Shown piece by piece: positions 49,820-60,426 of a stretch of 64,000 nt of DNA; the stretch's first letter is position 1; each line of letters begins with the position of its first letter. Source of the DNA: Planctomycetota bacterium (GTDB taxonomy: Bacteria; Planctomycetota; UBA8108; UBA1146); assembly GCA_014240375.1 (NCBI GenBank), contig JAAZXB010000005.1:297-64296 (forward strand), in the 5' to 3' direction. Under the pieces are notes generated by a model that did not search any database, had not been told where the DNA came from, and worked only from the letters and a program-made list of their open reading frames with translations. Both the position numbers and the translations under genes were made by a program.

Positions 49820-50728
49820 ATGAAGCCGATCGGGTCTGCCGAAGCGATCCATGTCGGTCTGATGGACATCGGTACCTCAACATGGGATGCTGTCGAAGTT
49901 GGAGAACCGATGCCACCTAGTACCATGCTCCTGCTGATTCTCGCCTCGGTCCACGGGCTCCCCGTCGACGTGATCCCCGGCACCGAACCCTCTCGTGCTG
50001 GATCGATCCCCCTGGGCAAGGTGTTCTATTCGCCTCAAAGCGGCGAAGTACAGGTCGATGGAGTGCTCAATCTCAATCGTGGTTTTGTCGAGTATGTCGC
50101 CTGCACTGCGGGAGTGAAGCCGCACGAGACGCTGGTCAGCCTCGATTGTGATCCGGCGGATCTACAGGGGGTACTGTTGCTGCTGGGTCTGACCAATTCG
50201 CGACGTCCCGAATCGGAGTACGATCTGGGCCCCCTCAGTGGAGGGGATCGAGTGATCTTGTCGCTCAGATTTCAGGTGTTAGATGGAGAGGGGCGAAAGC
50301 GTCTCCGGACCATCCGGGTCGAGAATTGCCTGATCAATGCTCCGATGGAGAGATCGATGGCGCGCTGTGGATTCAGTTTCACCGGATCGGGATTCCAGTG
50401 GCTCGATCCGCCCCCAGGGGCCCCTGAAGGAGCGGCGCCAAAAGAGCATTTCATGGCCCGGGTCACGGGAGAACTGGTCGCCCTCAGCCACCGGCCGTGG
50501 GCGATTCTCGACAATCCGCTGGCGTTGCCCTATCCAGACGGCGATTATTTTGCATATTCGGATGTTCTTCCCCAGCATCGAAGGGATGATCCACCTGCGG
50601 TCACATTGTTGCTACGCCGCGCAGTGGCGGGAGATGTGGACCCGAAAGCGATCCGGATGGAACTGCCTCCTCGGCCGTTGAACCCGGACACCGAGGCACC
50701 AGTTCGTGAGGGGGAGGGAGGACGATGA
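49820..50728 (+). CDS. Hypothetical protein
   Basis: Internal ATG start chosen (MKPIGSAE...); the upstream part of ORF 49454 overlaps the start of the divergent gene. No recognisable motif. ATGA overlap with the next gene. Confidence 0.45.
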   Translation: MKPIGSAEAIHVGLMDIGTSTWDAVEVGEPMPPSTMLLLILASVHGLPVDVIPGTEPSRAGSIPLGKVFYSPQSGEVQVDGVLNLNRGFVEYVACTAGVKPHETLVSLDCDPADLQGVLLLLGLTNSRRPESEYDLGPLSGGDRVILSLRFQVLDGEGRKRLRTIRVENCLINAPMERSMARCGFSFTGSGFQWLDPPPGAPEGAAPKEHFMARVTGELVALSHRPWAILDNPLALPYPDGDYFAYSDVLPQHRRDDPPAVTLLLRRAVAGDVDPKAIRMELPPRPLNPDTEAPVREGEGGR

Positions 50729-51990
50729 TGTCAAGTGTTCTCAGTGCCCCAGTGTTGGCACCCGCAGACGGCTCCATGGCAACTCGGATGATCCTGTTCA
50801 TGGCACTCTTGCTGGGGCTACTCACCCCGTCGATGCAGGCCCATCCGCTGCACCAGAAAGTTCAAGATGATGAGCAGCGGGCACCACTCGATCGGGCCAC
50901 TCTCAAGGGGGTCATCGACAAGGGTGCCAACTGGATCATCGATTCGCAGCGACCCGATGGGTCGTGGGGATCCCATGCCGGCGATCCCGGAATCACTGCG
51001 ATGGCATTGAAAGCGCTGGTCGATTCTCCCCGTGCCTACCGTGAGGAAGATGGCCCCTTCATCAGTGCCGCAGTCCAATCCCTACTGTCGCTTCAGCAAT
51101 CGGATGGTGGAGTGTATGTGCCGGACCAGGGGCTGATGAACTACAAGACATCGGTGACGCTGCTGGCATTGACCGCTCTCGATGCGGGTCGAAAGAAACC
51201 GCGCTATCTGTCACAGGTGGCGCGCATGCGAGATTACATCTCGGGTCTCCAGTGCTCGGATCAATCCACTCCGGTTCCCTACGATCCCACCACCCATATC
51301 AGTTCCTGGGGGGGGATCGGTTACGGTAGTGATCGCCGTCCCGATCTCAGCAACACCCAGCTGGCGCTGGAAGCGCTGACGGCAGCGGGCCTGTCCGAGG
51401 ACTCGGAAGTGTGGAAACGTGCAGCGCAGTTCATCTCACGCTGCCAGAATCGCCAGAGCAGCAACGATGCCCTCGCTGCAGCCCAGAAGACCTCGACCGA
51501 AGATGGGGGATTTTATTATCATCCGGATGAATCGAAGGCGGGATTGGTGACCCACGAGGATGGCAGCCAGTCCTTCTCCTCCTACGGATCGATGACCTAT
51601 GCGGCCGTGAAATCGATGATCTATGCCGGCTTGAAGAAAGATGACCCGAGAATTGCGGCTGCGTTCTCGTGGATCCGTAATCACTGGAGCGTCGAAGAGA
51701 ACCCAGGCATGGCGACCCCGGAAAATCCGGATCGTGGTCAGATGGGGTATTTCTACTACCTGGCAGTGATGGCTCGAGCTCTCCAGGTGCTCGAGGTCGA
51801 GACGGTGACTGACGCCACGGGACAAGAGCATCTGTGGGCCCAGGAGTTGGCCGCTGTTCTCATCCAGAGACAGAACCCGGACGGCTCCTGGTCCAATCCC
51901 ATCGATCGCTGGTGGGAAGGGGACCCGGTCCTCGCCACCTCATATGCCCTACAAGCGCTGAACATCTGTTACCAAACGATGGAGGACTGA
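50725..51990 (+). CDS. Secreted prenyltransferase/squalene-oxidase (terpenoid cyclase-like) repeat protein
   Basis: Signal peptide; repeated QxxDGSWG-type units (QRPDGSWGSHAGD, QQSDGGVY, QNPDGSWSNPIDRWWEGDPVLATSYALQAL). Confidence 0.75.
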   Translation: MMSSVLSAPVLAPADGSMATRMILFMALLLGLLTPSMQAHPLHQKVQDDEQRAPLDRATLKGVIDKGANWIIDSQRPDGSWGSHAGDPGITAMALKALVDSPRAYREEDGPFISAAVQSLLSLQQSDGGVYVPDQGLMNYKTSVTLLALTALDAGRKKPRYLSQVARMRDYISGLQCSDQSTPVPYDPTTHISSWGGIGYGSDRRPDLSNTQLALEALTAAGLSEDSEVWKRAAQFISRCQNRQSSNDALAAAQKTSTEDGGFYYHPDESKAGLVTHEDGSQSFSSYGSMTYAAVKSMIYAGLKKDDPRIAAAFSWIRNHWSVEENPGMATPENPDRGQMGYFYYLAVMARALQVLEVETVTDATGQEHLWAQELAAVLIQRQNPDGSWSNPIDRWWEGDPVLATSYALQALNICYQTMED

Positions 51991-51992
51991 CC

Positions 51993-53168
51993 GTGCCAAA
52001 GATGAGAGCGATACGTGGACTGCGTGCAAACCCCGAGGTGTTGAACCCGGGCGATGTCATCTGTCCTCCTTATGATGTGATTGCTCCGGATCTTCATCAG
52101 AAGTTGCTGGATCACTCGCCAGATAATGCGGTGCGGTGGATTCTCGGCGAGGATCCAGATTCACCGGTCGGGGAGGAAGTCTTCCGAGGATGTGGAGCGG
52201 CGCTACGGGGTGCCTTTGAAGAGGGGCGACTGATCCGGGAGGAGAGTCGATCTTTCTACCGCTATTGCATCCGCTATTGCAGTGAAACTGGCGAAGATCA
52301 TCAACTCGATGGAATCCTCGCTGCGGTGGAGAGTCGGCCTTGGGGAGAAGGAGTTCTTCGTCACGAGGAGATTCGACCTCATACGGTGAAGCGGCTGGTC
52401 GATCAAGCTCGCTGTACTCGCATCGATACAGGGGTCGTGATGTTGACCTGTGAGGGTCTCGAGGATGCACTGACAGAAGTGGGAGTGGGCCTGGGATGCG
52501 GTGAACTGGTCTTCGAGAAGCAGGACTGGAACGGAACCACTCACATCCTGCACCGAATCGATGATCCACAGCTGGTGACTGCAATGGAGCAGCGGATTGC
52601 CGACATGCCATCGGCGGTCGCCGATGGCCATCATCGATACACCACGGCCCTGGAACTGAAGGACGATCCAGAATTGCCCGCTGCGGGGATGGTGCTGGCG
52701 TTCCTCTGTGACATGAGTCAGCAGGGGCTAAGAATCTTACCGACCCATCGAGTGTGGTCCTGGGACCAGGGTGACCTGACCTCCGAGCAGGTGCGCGACC
52801 GCATCGTCGATGCGCTCGACGATGGAGAAGGAGACCGCTGGAGCATCGAGATTCCTGGAGCCGAGCCGACAGTGTTGCATTGCCGACAAGACGCCACCCG
52901 GCCGACGCTGGCACGGCGGCTAGCGGACACGGTCGAGCAGATCGGAGGACTGGGAGCACCGGCAACACCTCATGTCATCGAAGATGGACGCAAAGTACTC
53001 GCTTCGGTGGAGCGTGGGGTGTTCTGTATCCTGCCTCCGATCAGCCGTGAAGAGTTCTGGACTCGCGTTCTTGCGGGTGAAATTTTCCCTCCAAAAACAA
53101 CCTTTTTTGAACCCAAGATTTCCACCGGTGTCATAGCCCGATTCATCGACGAACAGGAGACTTCATGA
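51993..53168 (+). CDS. DUF1015-family conserved protein
   Basis: GTG start with GGAGG SD 7 nt upstream; N-terminus VPKMRAIRGLRANPE...VICPPYDVIAPD is characteristic of DUF1015. Confidence 0.75.
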   Translation: MPKMRAIRGLRANPEVLNPGDVICPPYDVIAPDLHQKLLDHSPDNAVRWILGEDPDSPVGEEVFRGCGAALRGAFEEGRLIREESRSFYRYCIRYCSETGEDHQLDGILAAVESRPWGEGVLRHEEIRPHTVKRLVDQARCTRIDTGVVMLTCEGLEDALTEVGVGLGCGELVFEKQDWNGTTHILHRIDDPQLVTAMEQRIADMPSAVADGHHRYTTALELKDDPELPAAGMVLAFLCDMSQQGLRILPTHRVWSWDQGDLTSEQVRDRIVDALDDGEGDRWSIEIPGAEPTVLHCRQDATRPTLARRLADTVEQIGGLGAPATPHVIEDGRKVLASVERGVFCILPPISREEFWTRVLAGEIFPPKTTFFEPKISTGVIARFIDEQETS

Positions 53169-54265
53169 GAACCATCGACGATCACCCGGTCCGCAGAGAT
53201 GTTCCACGCCTGTTCATTCCAGGCCCGGTCGAGGTGGAAGAAGATATTCTTCAGGCGATGACCAGGCCGATGATCGGTCACCGTGCACCTGAGTTCACGG
53301 TACTGGGAGAAGCACTGCATAGAGACTCCAAGCGGTTCTTTCGTACCGAAAATCCGGTCTACATCCTGACCTCCTCCGGAACCGGAGGGATGGAGACTGC
53401 AGTGCGCAATGGAGTGCGCGAAAACGTGCTCTGCTTCGTCAATGGAGCCTTCAGCGATCGCTTTTACAAGGTGTGCGTGGCCAACGGCAAGAACGCCACA
53501 CGAGTGGATATCCCCTGGGGAGAAGCGATCAAGCCGGAAAAGGTGCGCGAAGAACTTTCACGCGGCGATTTCGATGCCGTGACCATCGTTCACAATGAAA
53601 CCAGCACCGGTGTGATGAGTCCGCTGGCTGACATCGCCGAGGTGGTGGCTCAGCAGGACGATGTGTTCCTGCTGGTCGATGCCATCACCAGTGCGGCAGC
53701 GGTGCCCATTCATCTGGGGGAGATGGCTACCGTCGATTATCTCGCAACCGGAAGCCAAAAGGCGCTCGCATTGCCTCCAGGATTGGCGCTGCTGGCGGTT
53801 TCGGAGAGGGCACTGGAGCGTGCCGAGACGATCGAGAACCGAGGCCTCTACTTCGACCTCCTCGCCATGCACAAGTCGTGGAAGAAGAACCAGACGCCCA
53901 GCACACCCTCCATCGCATTGATGCAGGCACTGAAGGATCGCCTTGCGATGATTCTCGCCGATGAGGACCGCTGGTACGGAGGTCATCAGGAGCGCGCAGA
54001 ACTGACCCGAGATTGGGCCAGGGATCGCTTTGATCTCTTTGCCGAAACGGGGTTTGAATCGGTCTCGCTGACCTGCATCGAGAACACCCGAGGAATCTCC
54101 ATTGCCGCCCTGAACCAGGCGTTGCGCGAGAATGACATGTTCCTGTCGAATGGATACGGCGATCTCAAGGAGAAGACGTTCAGGATCGGCCACATGGGAG
54201 CCGTGACTCTCGACGACACCAGGGAGTTACTGGGACTGATCGACCAGTTCATCGCCAGCCGCTGA
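53165..54265 (+). CDS. Class-V aminotransferase (serine-pyruvate / alanine-glyoxylate aminotransferase-like, PLP)
   Basis: ...TSSGTGGMETA..., SQKAL (PLP lysine), HMGAVT; 366 aa; ATGA overlap with the upstream gene. Confidence 0.88.
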   Translation: MRTIDDHPVRRDVPRLFIPGPVEVEEDILQAMTRPMIGHRAPEFTVLGEALHRDSKRFFRTENPVYILTSSGTGGMETAVRNGVRENVLCFVNGAFSDRFYKVCVANGKNATRVDIPWGEAIKPEKVREELSRGDFDAVTIVHNETSTGVMSPLADIAEVVAQQDDVFLLVDAITSAAAVPIHLGEMATVDYLATGSQKALALPPGLALLAVSERALERAETIENRGLYFDLLAMHKSWKKNQTPSTPSIALMQALKDRLAMILADEDRWYGGHQERAELTRDWARDRFDLFAETGFESVSLTCIENTRGISIAALNQALRENDMFLSNGYGDLKEKTFRIGHMGAVTLDDTRELLGLIDQFIASR

Positions 54266-54481
54266 GAAATCGCTGGGGAGCGGGCGCAGGTCGTTCAGTG
54301 AATCCATCTGGGGGACGAGATGGGCCGAGAAACGGGCCTGCTCAGCGGTCGAATCGAGTGGTGGGCTCCTCTCTTTCCGAGGAAATGGAGGGAGTCCACT
54401 TGACCTTGAAGTGGCGATTGCTTACCTTCGCACCTCTCGTTTCGAGCGGACTGGCGGACCGGTCACGATCGGACCGATTTC

Positions 54482-54583
54482 GAAGTGAACTCATCGAAGT
54501 GAACTCTTGAAGTGAACTCTTGAAGTGAACTCTTGAATTGAACTCTTGAATTGAACTCTTGAATTGAACTCTTGAATTGAACT
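54482..54583. repeat. Tandem repeat array, 13-nt period (~8 units cttgaaKtgaact) abutting the tRNA-Met 5' end
   Basis: Read directly. Confidence 0.85.
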
Positions 54584-54585
54584 AT

Positions 54586-54661
54586 CGCGGGGTGGAGCAG
54601 TTGGCAGCTCGTCGGGCTCATAACCCGAAGGTCGCAGGTTCGAGTCCTGCCCCCGCTACCA
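54586..54661 (+). tRNA. tRNA-Met (anticodon CAT), initiator-like
   Basis: Cloverleaf with anticodon loop CTCATAA. Anticodon stem carries three consecutive G:C pairs (GGG/CCC), the initiator hallmark. 1:72 appears unpaired (C:U). CCA encoded. Confidence 0.85.
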
Positions 54662-54672
54662 AAATATCAGAA

Positions 54673-54703
54673 GCGGTCGAGGGGTTCCCTCGGCCGCTTT
54701 TTC
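54673..54703 (+). terminator. Rho-independent terminator after tRNA-Met
   Basis: GCGGTCGAGGG-gtt-CCCTCGGCCGC followed by ttttt. Confidence 0.7.
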
Positions 54704-54985
54704 AATTGCGGGATTCTCGCCATAGTTGTCCTTTTCCGAGTTTATTCGATCCGCTGGGGCCACTGGCTGGAAATCCTACCAAAAGGGTCCAGATCAGGTT
54801 TCCTGGTGTTGAGTAGAGTCTATTGAATCAGGATATGCGGTGATATGATGGGGTGGTGTCTGCTTGGCCTGAGACGGCGTATACCGGTGTGTGTCTACCC
54901 GGCGCCTTTGATTTTAGTCGGCCTACCTATTTTCAAAAGGAAGAATTGGGTTCCTCGGTTGGGGGCCAGGTCTTTCAGGAGGAAC

Positions 54986-57900
54986 ATGATGTCTTTGATT
55001 TGTCGAGCGACAGTTTTTGTCGCTGTGTTTTCGATGCTTCTTGGAGCAACGATTCAACTGGCTGCCCAAGGGGGACCGGATGTGATTGTTGGTGATTTGC
55101 CGTCGACCAACTCATACGGTACCAATACCGTTGCCGGTGAGGTGATTTACGCCTATTCGCTGGCGACCACTTCATGCAACATCGGAACCGAGAACCTGGC
55201 ATGGGAGGCGAACAATAACCAGCATCCTGTGATCGCTCAGGACATGTGGCGTTTACAAGGTGGTCGTATCAGCCAGATCGGGACGGCATGGCTGAAGCAC
55301 GGTTTTTGCGCCTTGCAGAATACCGGCCTTTGTCCGGGTTGTGGTGGTGGCGGTGGGTGCCTCGCATTTCTCACCCCGGGTTGCGCGGATCCATATTCTG
55401 CCGGACTCAACGGAAACCAGGGCAATATGGGCCCTCGCTCTCAGGTCAACGCCTTCAACGGCTTTTTCCCTTACCCGTACTCTGCTCCGCCGATTCCAGC
55501 CGGGCAGGCAACCATCGGCAGAAGATTACAGGCCACAGGCGATGATCTATCGTTGGCCAGCTTTCCGGGGGCTCTCTACTTTATCAGCGGCCTCTATGTA
55601 GCTCAAGACGATGCAGCCTTTGGCAATCAAGCAAACAACGCTTCTTATCGTCAGGTGTCCGTTTCCCAGACTGGGAATCGTCCGCTCTCCTTCATCGGAG
55701 GCACCCAGATGATGTCGCCTCCAATTCAGGCGTGGCAGGACTTTCAACCGAGCGTGACTCTTGTCGATGTTCAGGTTCCCAACGAGGGACTTTTCATCGC
55801 GGGTTACGATGTCATCGACAATGGTGACGGAACCTGGAACTACGAGTATGCGGTATACAACCTGTACTCGGATCGCTCAGCCAATAGCTTCTCGATTCCT
55901 TTCCCCGGTGGAGCTACCGTGATCAGTAGTGGTTTTCATGACATCGGCTGGCACTCTGGCGAGCCTCATTCGGGTGTCGATTGGGAGGTCAGCGTTACTC
56001 CAGGAGTCGAAATTTCCTGGTCCGCGGAAACTTTTGCCGACAACCCAGATGCGAACGCACTGCGCTGGTCAACGATGTACAACTTCTACTTCACCAGCAA
56101 TGCACCGCCGGCGCTGAATACCGCAACCCTGGGCATTTTCAAGCCGGTCGCGGGGCAGCCTGATTCGGTCGATTTCAGTGTTCTGGCACCGAGTGGAAAC
56201 TTCATTCCCGGAGTGGAGAATCTGGCCTGTGCCCAGGTAGGCGAACAAGTCGACCTGAGCTGGACCAATGGTGATGTTTACGATGCCATCGAAGTGGCCC
56301 GTGATGGTGTTCTTCAAGCGACATTAGCCGGAAGTTCGTTGTCCTGGACCGATCCGAATCCCACTCCTGGTGCTCATGTATATGCCGTCAATGGAGCGAT
56401 TGCTGGTGTTCCGACCGGGCCGGTCAGTTGCAATGTCACGGTGACCGCTGCCTTGAGTATCTCGGTTCCTGGTGGCGATCCTTCCGTTTTCAATCCACTG
56501 GGAGGAGAGACCTTTGACGTGGTGATCACTCCCGCCGCTGGTTCCGCTGTGCAAGCGGGCAGCGAGTGGCTTCGCATCGATACGGGAGTCACCATCCAGT
56601 CGATACCTTTGGTTTTCGTCGGTGGGCTCGACTACCAGATGACCTTTCCACCGTTGAGCTGCGGAAGTGAATTCGGCTGGTGGATCGAGGCTCAGAGTGC
56701 TTCGGGCCAGCTGGTGAGTTACCCCGAAGGGGGATCCTCGGCACCGGTCGTGGGGCTCTCTGCTTTTGGTGTCACCTTTGATGTCACAGATTTCGAGATC
56801 GATTCCGGATGGACGGTAGGGGCACCCAATGATGCGACCACCGGAATCTGGACCCGCACCGATCCGATCGGATCTCTCGCTCAACCAGAAGATGACCACA
56901 GTGATCCGGGAACCCAGTGCTGGTTCACTGGCCAGGGTGCAGTGGGAGGCTCTCTCGGTGCCAACGATGTAGATGGAGGTTCGACCACCCTCTACTCGCA
57001 GGTGATGGATCTGACTTCCTCCACCAACCCACAGGTCAGCTACTTCCGCTGGTACTCCAATGACAGTGGTGCTTCTCCATCCGCAGATGTTTTCGTTGTG
57101 CAAGTTTCCGATGATCAGTCCACCTGGATTGATGTCGAGACGGTAGGACCCGGTGGAACCGGAACCTCTGGCGGATGGATCGAGCACAGCTTCCTGGTCG
57201 CAGATTTCGTTCTGTTGAGCGGGAACGTACAGGTTCGCTTCATTGCCAGCGATCTCGGATCGGGATCGATCGTGGAGGCGGGGATCGATGATTTCCGCTA
57301 CGAGGATGTCGATTGTTCAGGGATCACCGACTGCAACCTGAATGGCGTGCCAGATTCCCAGGACATCGCCAACGGAACCAGCAACGACTGTGATATCGAT
57401 GGTTTCCCGGATGAATGTACGACTGCCGACGGTTCCGTTGCGGATTGCAATGGAAACAGCGTTCCCGATATCTGCGATGTGGCGACCGGAACTGAAGATT
57501 GCGATCAAGATGGAACGCCCGATAGTTGCGAAGTCGACACCGATGGGGACGGCCAGATTGATGATTGCGATGCGGATCTGGATGGCGATGGGATTCCCAA
57601 TGTTTGTGATATTGATCAGACCACGGGAGTCGATTGCGATGCCAATGGCCAGATCGATTCGTGCGATCTGGCGGCAGGGGCTGCGGATTGCGATTTCGAT
57701 GGGCAAATCGACAGTTGTCAGATCAGTGCCGACCGATCGACAGACTGTGATCTGAGCGGAATCCTGGATTCTTGCGAGATTGCCAGCGGTGTCGCAGTGG
57801 ATTGCAATGCCAATGGCACACCCGATGATTGCGAGATCGCCGCCGATCCGACCATCGATTGCGATGCCAGCGGCGCACTCGATTCATGTGAGATATCCAG

Positions 57901-58282
57901 TGGAACGGTTGCCGATTGCAATGGAAACGGAACTCCAGACTCCTGTGACATCGCTTCCGGAACCAGCGCCGACGCAGACGCAAATGGAGAACCGGATGAG
58001 TGTGCAGTACAGGACTGGATCCGCGGAGACATCAATGTCGATGGAAGTCATGACATCAGTGATGCCGTGGCGAGCCTCGAGTACCTGTTCGGAAACGGAA
58101 CAGTACTGTGTCAAGCCACCGTCGATGTCAACGACGACGACTCGATGAATGTAGCGGATACGGTGTTTCTGCTGGGTTACATGTTTTCCAGTGGGGCGTC
58201 GCCTGCGGCTCCATTCCCCGCTTGCGGACAGGATCCTGCAGGAACCACGCTGCCGTGCGATTCATTCCCGCTGTGCCCATAG
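54986..58282 (+). CDS. Large secreted protein with thrombospondin-type-3-like repeats and C-terminal dockerin module
   Basis: Start at MMSLICRATVFVAVFSMLLGATIQLAAQG (AGGAGG SD); C-terminal third is DCNxNGxPDxCD repeats ending DINVDGSHDISDAVASLEYLF...DVNDDDSMNVADTVFLLGYMF. Confidence 0.8.
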   Translation: MMSLICRATVFVAVFSMLLGATIQLAAQGGPDVIVGDLPSTNSYGTNTVAGEVIYAYSLATTSCNIGTENLAWEANNNQHPVIAQDMWRLQGGRISQIGTAWLKHGFCALQNTGLCPGCGGGGGCLAFLTPGCADPYSAGLNGNQGNMGPRSQVNAFNGFFPYPYSAPPIPAGQATIGRRLQATGDDLSLASFPGALYFISGLYVAQDDAAFGNQANNASYRQVSVSQTGNRPLSFIGGTQMMSPPIQAWQDFQPSVTLVDVQVPNEGLFIAGYDVIDNGDGTWNYEYAVYNLYSDRSANSFSIPFPGGATVISSGFHDIGWHSGEPHSGVDWEVSVTPGVEISWSAETFADNPDANALRWSTMYNFYFTSNAPPALNTATLGIFKPVAGQPDSVDFSVLAPSGNFIPGVENLACAQVGEQVDLSWTNGDVYDAIEVARDGVLQATLAGSSLSWTDPNPTPGAHVYAVNGAIAGVPTGPVSCNVTVTAALSISVPGGDPSVFNPLGGETFDVVITPAAGSAVQAGSEWLRIDTGVTIQSIPLVFVGGLDYQMTFPPLSCGSEFGWWIEAQSASGQLVSYPEGGSSAPVVGLSAFGVTFDVTDFEIDSGWTVGAPNDATTGIWTRTDPIGSLAQPEDDHSDPGTQCWFTGQGAVGGSLGANDVDGGSTTLYSQVMDLTSSTNPQVSYFRWYSNDSGASPSADVFVVQVSDDQSTWIDVETVGPGGTGTSGGWIEHSFLVADFVLLSGNVQVRFIASDLGSGSIVEAGIDDFRYEDVDCSGITDCNLNGVPDSQDIANGTSNDCDIDGFPDECTTADGSVADCNGNSVPDICDVATGTEDCDQDGTPDSCEVDTDGDGQIDDCDADLDGDGIPNVCDIDQTTGVDCDANGQIDSCDLAAGAADCDFDGQIDSCQISADRSTDCDLSGILDSCEIASGVAVDCNANGTPDDCEIAADPTIDCDASGALDSCEISSGTVADCNGNGTPDSCDIASGTSADADANGEPDECAVQDWIRGDINVDGSHDISDAVASLEYLFGNGTVLCQATVDVNDDDSMNVADTVFLLGYMFSSGASPAAPFPACGQDPAGTTLPCDSFPLCP

Positions 58283-58406
58283 GGTAGATTTGCCAGGCAC
58301 CGATGACAGGCCTTCGTGACTGCGGTCATGGAGGCCTGTTTTTTTGGGCGAAGTCCACCCACTCGGGATGGTCCAACGACCGTTGCAACCGGTCGCTGAC
58401 AACTCC

Positions 58407-59621
58407 CTACTGGATCGAGCCTCGTTGCCCGATCAGCGTTTCGATCTCCTGCTGGAGTCGCTCGAGGATCTGATCGTAGGGAAAGGCACCGAGACTGTCG
58501 CATCCGCGCTTGAGGTTGACGAAGCTGGGAGCACACCACAGACCAAGATCGGCATCGTCGGTTTCACCGGGCCCGTTCACCCGGCAGCCCATCACGGCGA
58601 TGGTGATATCGTGCTGTGAGAACTGTCGAGACAGTTGCTTCACCTGCTGTGCCAGATCCACGAATGCTTGATTCTCGACTCGCGAGCAGGAGGGACACGA
58701 GATGATGTTGGGTCCGCCACCCTGGTACTGAACGACACTTCGAACCCGGCCTTGAGAGATGTCGTCGAGGATTTCGTGCCCCACGGTGACTTCTTGAGGC
58801 TTTTGTGGATTAGGTAGTGTCAGCGACACCCGGATGGTGTCCCCGATGCCGCGCGAGATCAACTGTTCGAAGGCGACTCGAGTCTTGATGATTCCATCGG
58901 GGGGTAATCCTGCCTCGGTCACGCCGAGATGGAGTGGAACCTCCGGTCGCTGTTCAGCAAATCTCCGATTGGCCTCGATCACCAGGTTTGGATCGGAGTC
59001 CTTGAGCGAGACGACATAGCGATCAAAGCCGATGGAGTCGAGAAACTCAGCGTGTTCAAGGGCACTGGCGACCATCGGCGAGATCGAGTCATCCGCAGGC
59101 CATGCTTCCATCATCGCCGGATCCACCGATCCACAATTGACACCGATTCTCAGCGCCGTGTCTCCCTCCGCAGCCCAGTCTGCGATACGACGCACCTTCT
59201 CTTGCCAGTCGAGGGATCGCTCGTGGTGATGGAGGTGGCCAGGATTGTAGCGAATTTTCGCCACGCCAGGAGCGAGGAGTTGTGCGAGTCGCCAGTTCTC
59301 TTGCAGGTCGATGCATAGGTTGGCTTCGACTGCCGAGGCGATCTCGAGTGCCGCTTCAGCGTCCTTGCGGGAGTCGACCGCCAGTCGGACTACTCCTGCT
59401 CCAGCATCCGCCAGCGCCTGGACCTGTTGTGAGGTGAGATCGATGTCGCGGGTCGATGTGGCGCACATGCTCTGTACGACGATCGGATTTCCCGCGCCGA
59501 TGGTGGTGCTGCCGACCTCTATCGCTCGGGTCGAGTTTCTTGGAAGTAAGTTGCCGGTGGTCAAGGATCCTCCATCAAGCTCGTGAGACCCGATGGTTAC
59601 CCAAGGTGGTGGCGACGGCAA
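58407..59621 (-). CDS. ispG: 4-hydroxy-3-methylbut-2-enyl diphosphate synthase (MEP pathway)
   Basis: ...[30 protein letters not shown]... N-terminal TIM-barrel signature; C-terminal CPSC...C [4Fe-4S] cysteines. Confidence 0.88.
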   Translation of the reverse strand: MPSPPPWVTIGSHELDGGSLTTGNLLPRNSTRAIEVGSTTIGAGNPIVVQSMCATSTRDIDLTSQQVQALADAGAGVVRLAVDSRKDAEAALEIASAVEANLCIDLQENWRLAQLLAPGVAKIRYNPGHLHHHERSLDWQEKVRRIADWAAEGDTALRIGVNCGSVDPAMMEAWPADDSISPMVASALEHAEFLDSIGFDRYVVSLKDSDPNLVIEANRRFAEQRPEVPLHLGVTEAGLPPDGIIKTRVAFEQLISRGIGDTIRVSLTLPNPQKPQEVTVGHEILDDISQGRVRSVVQYQGGGPNIISCPSCSRVENQAFVDLAQQVKQLSRQFSQHDITIAVMGCRVNGPGETDDADLGLWCAPSFVNLKRGCDSLGAFPYDQILERLQQEIETLIGQRGSIQ

Positions 59622-59689
59622 GTAGAAGGGTGGATCGGTTGAGCGGCGTTGATCCGCCCCGGCATTGCCTTATGCTGTCCCTCCTGTGA

Positions 59690-59989
59690 GTGCACTTCTA
59701 TCAGGAGGGAGATCCGATGCGTATCGATTCGATTGGCCGGTGGTCGTTGGTCCCTTTTGGCCTCTCCCTGGTGCTGTGGATCTTTCCCTTGTCCCTATCG
59801 ACCGCCATTGAGGCACAGCCCGAGAACCGAGAGGCACAGCCCGAGAACCGATCGGTCGTTGTCGAGGAGGCGGGGCATTGGCGGCCTGGCTTCGAGTTAC
59901 CTCTGGTCGGGCTGACCAGTTCTCTGCTGATCCTCTCGGTGCTGAGGGCGCAGCAGCGGCTCGAGAGTCGAGCTCGACAGACCTTCTAG
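59690..59989 (+). CDS. Small hypothetical membrane protein with 21-nt x2 direct repeat (EAQPENR x2)
   Basis: One or two hydrophobic segments; weak evidence of coding. Confidence 0.3.
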   Translation: MHFYQEGDPMRIDSIGRWSLVPFGLSLVLWIFPLSLSTAIEAQPENREAQPENRSVVVEEAGHWRPGFELPLVGLTSSLLILSVLRAQQRLESRARQTF

Positions 59990-60300
59990 GTCGATCCCGG
60001 TGAGTGGTCGCCCGACAGTTTCGAGGCACTGCTCTCCGAGAAGGATCACCGTACCCTGCGAGAGGTCGGTGGTGCTCCCCTTCAATAGGCTCGGGGAGCC
60101 CACAGGAGAGCACTCTGCTCGGGGCTTCCGATTCTCGCCAATTCATGGTCCAATAGGATAGTTCTTCAAGTACTGTTTGGGCTGATTTCGTGCAGTTGGT
60201 GCTATTTCATGGTTGGGTGATGTTCAACATCCACCCCCCTCTGAGCCTTTGGTCTGACTTTGCTTCTATCAGTGAGTTGGCTGAGGTGTGAATCCTGCAC

Positions 60301-60352
60301 AGAAGTCTCCTCTGAGTGGATTCTCCTCAGAATGGATTCTTCTCTGAATGAA
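60301..60352. repeat. Tandem repeat, ~16-nt period x3 (core GARTGRATTCT)
   Basis: Read directly; ~75-125 nt upstream of the start of the 60427 gene. Confidence 0.75.
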
Positions 60353-60426
60353 TTCTCCACCGGAAGAACTCGAACGGGCCAACTCCGCTCCCTAGCTGGG
60401 AGAGCGGATCGAGGAGGGATTTCCGC

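Noticed and set aside
54577-54816. 79-aa ORF overlapping tRNA-Met
   Set aside because: It is the tRNA gene and its terminator read as protein.
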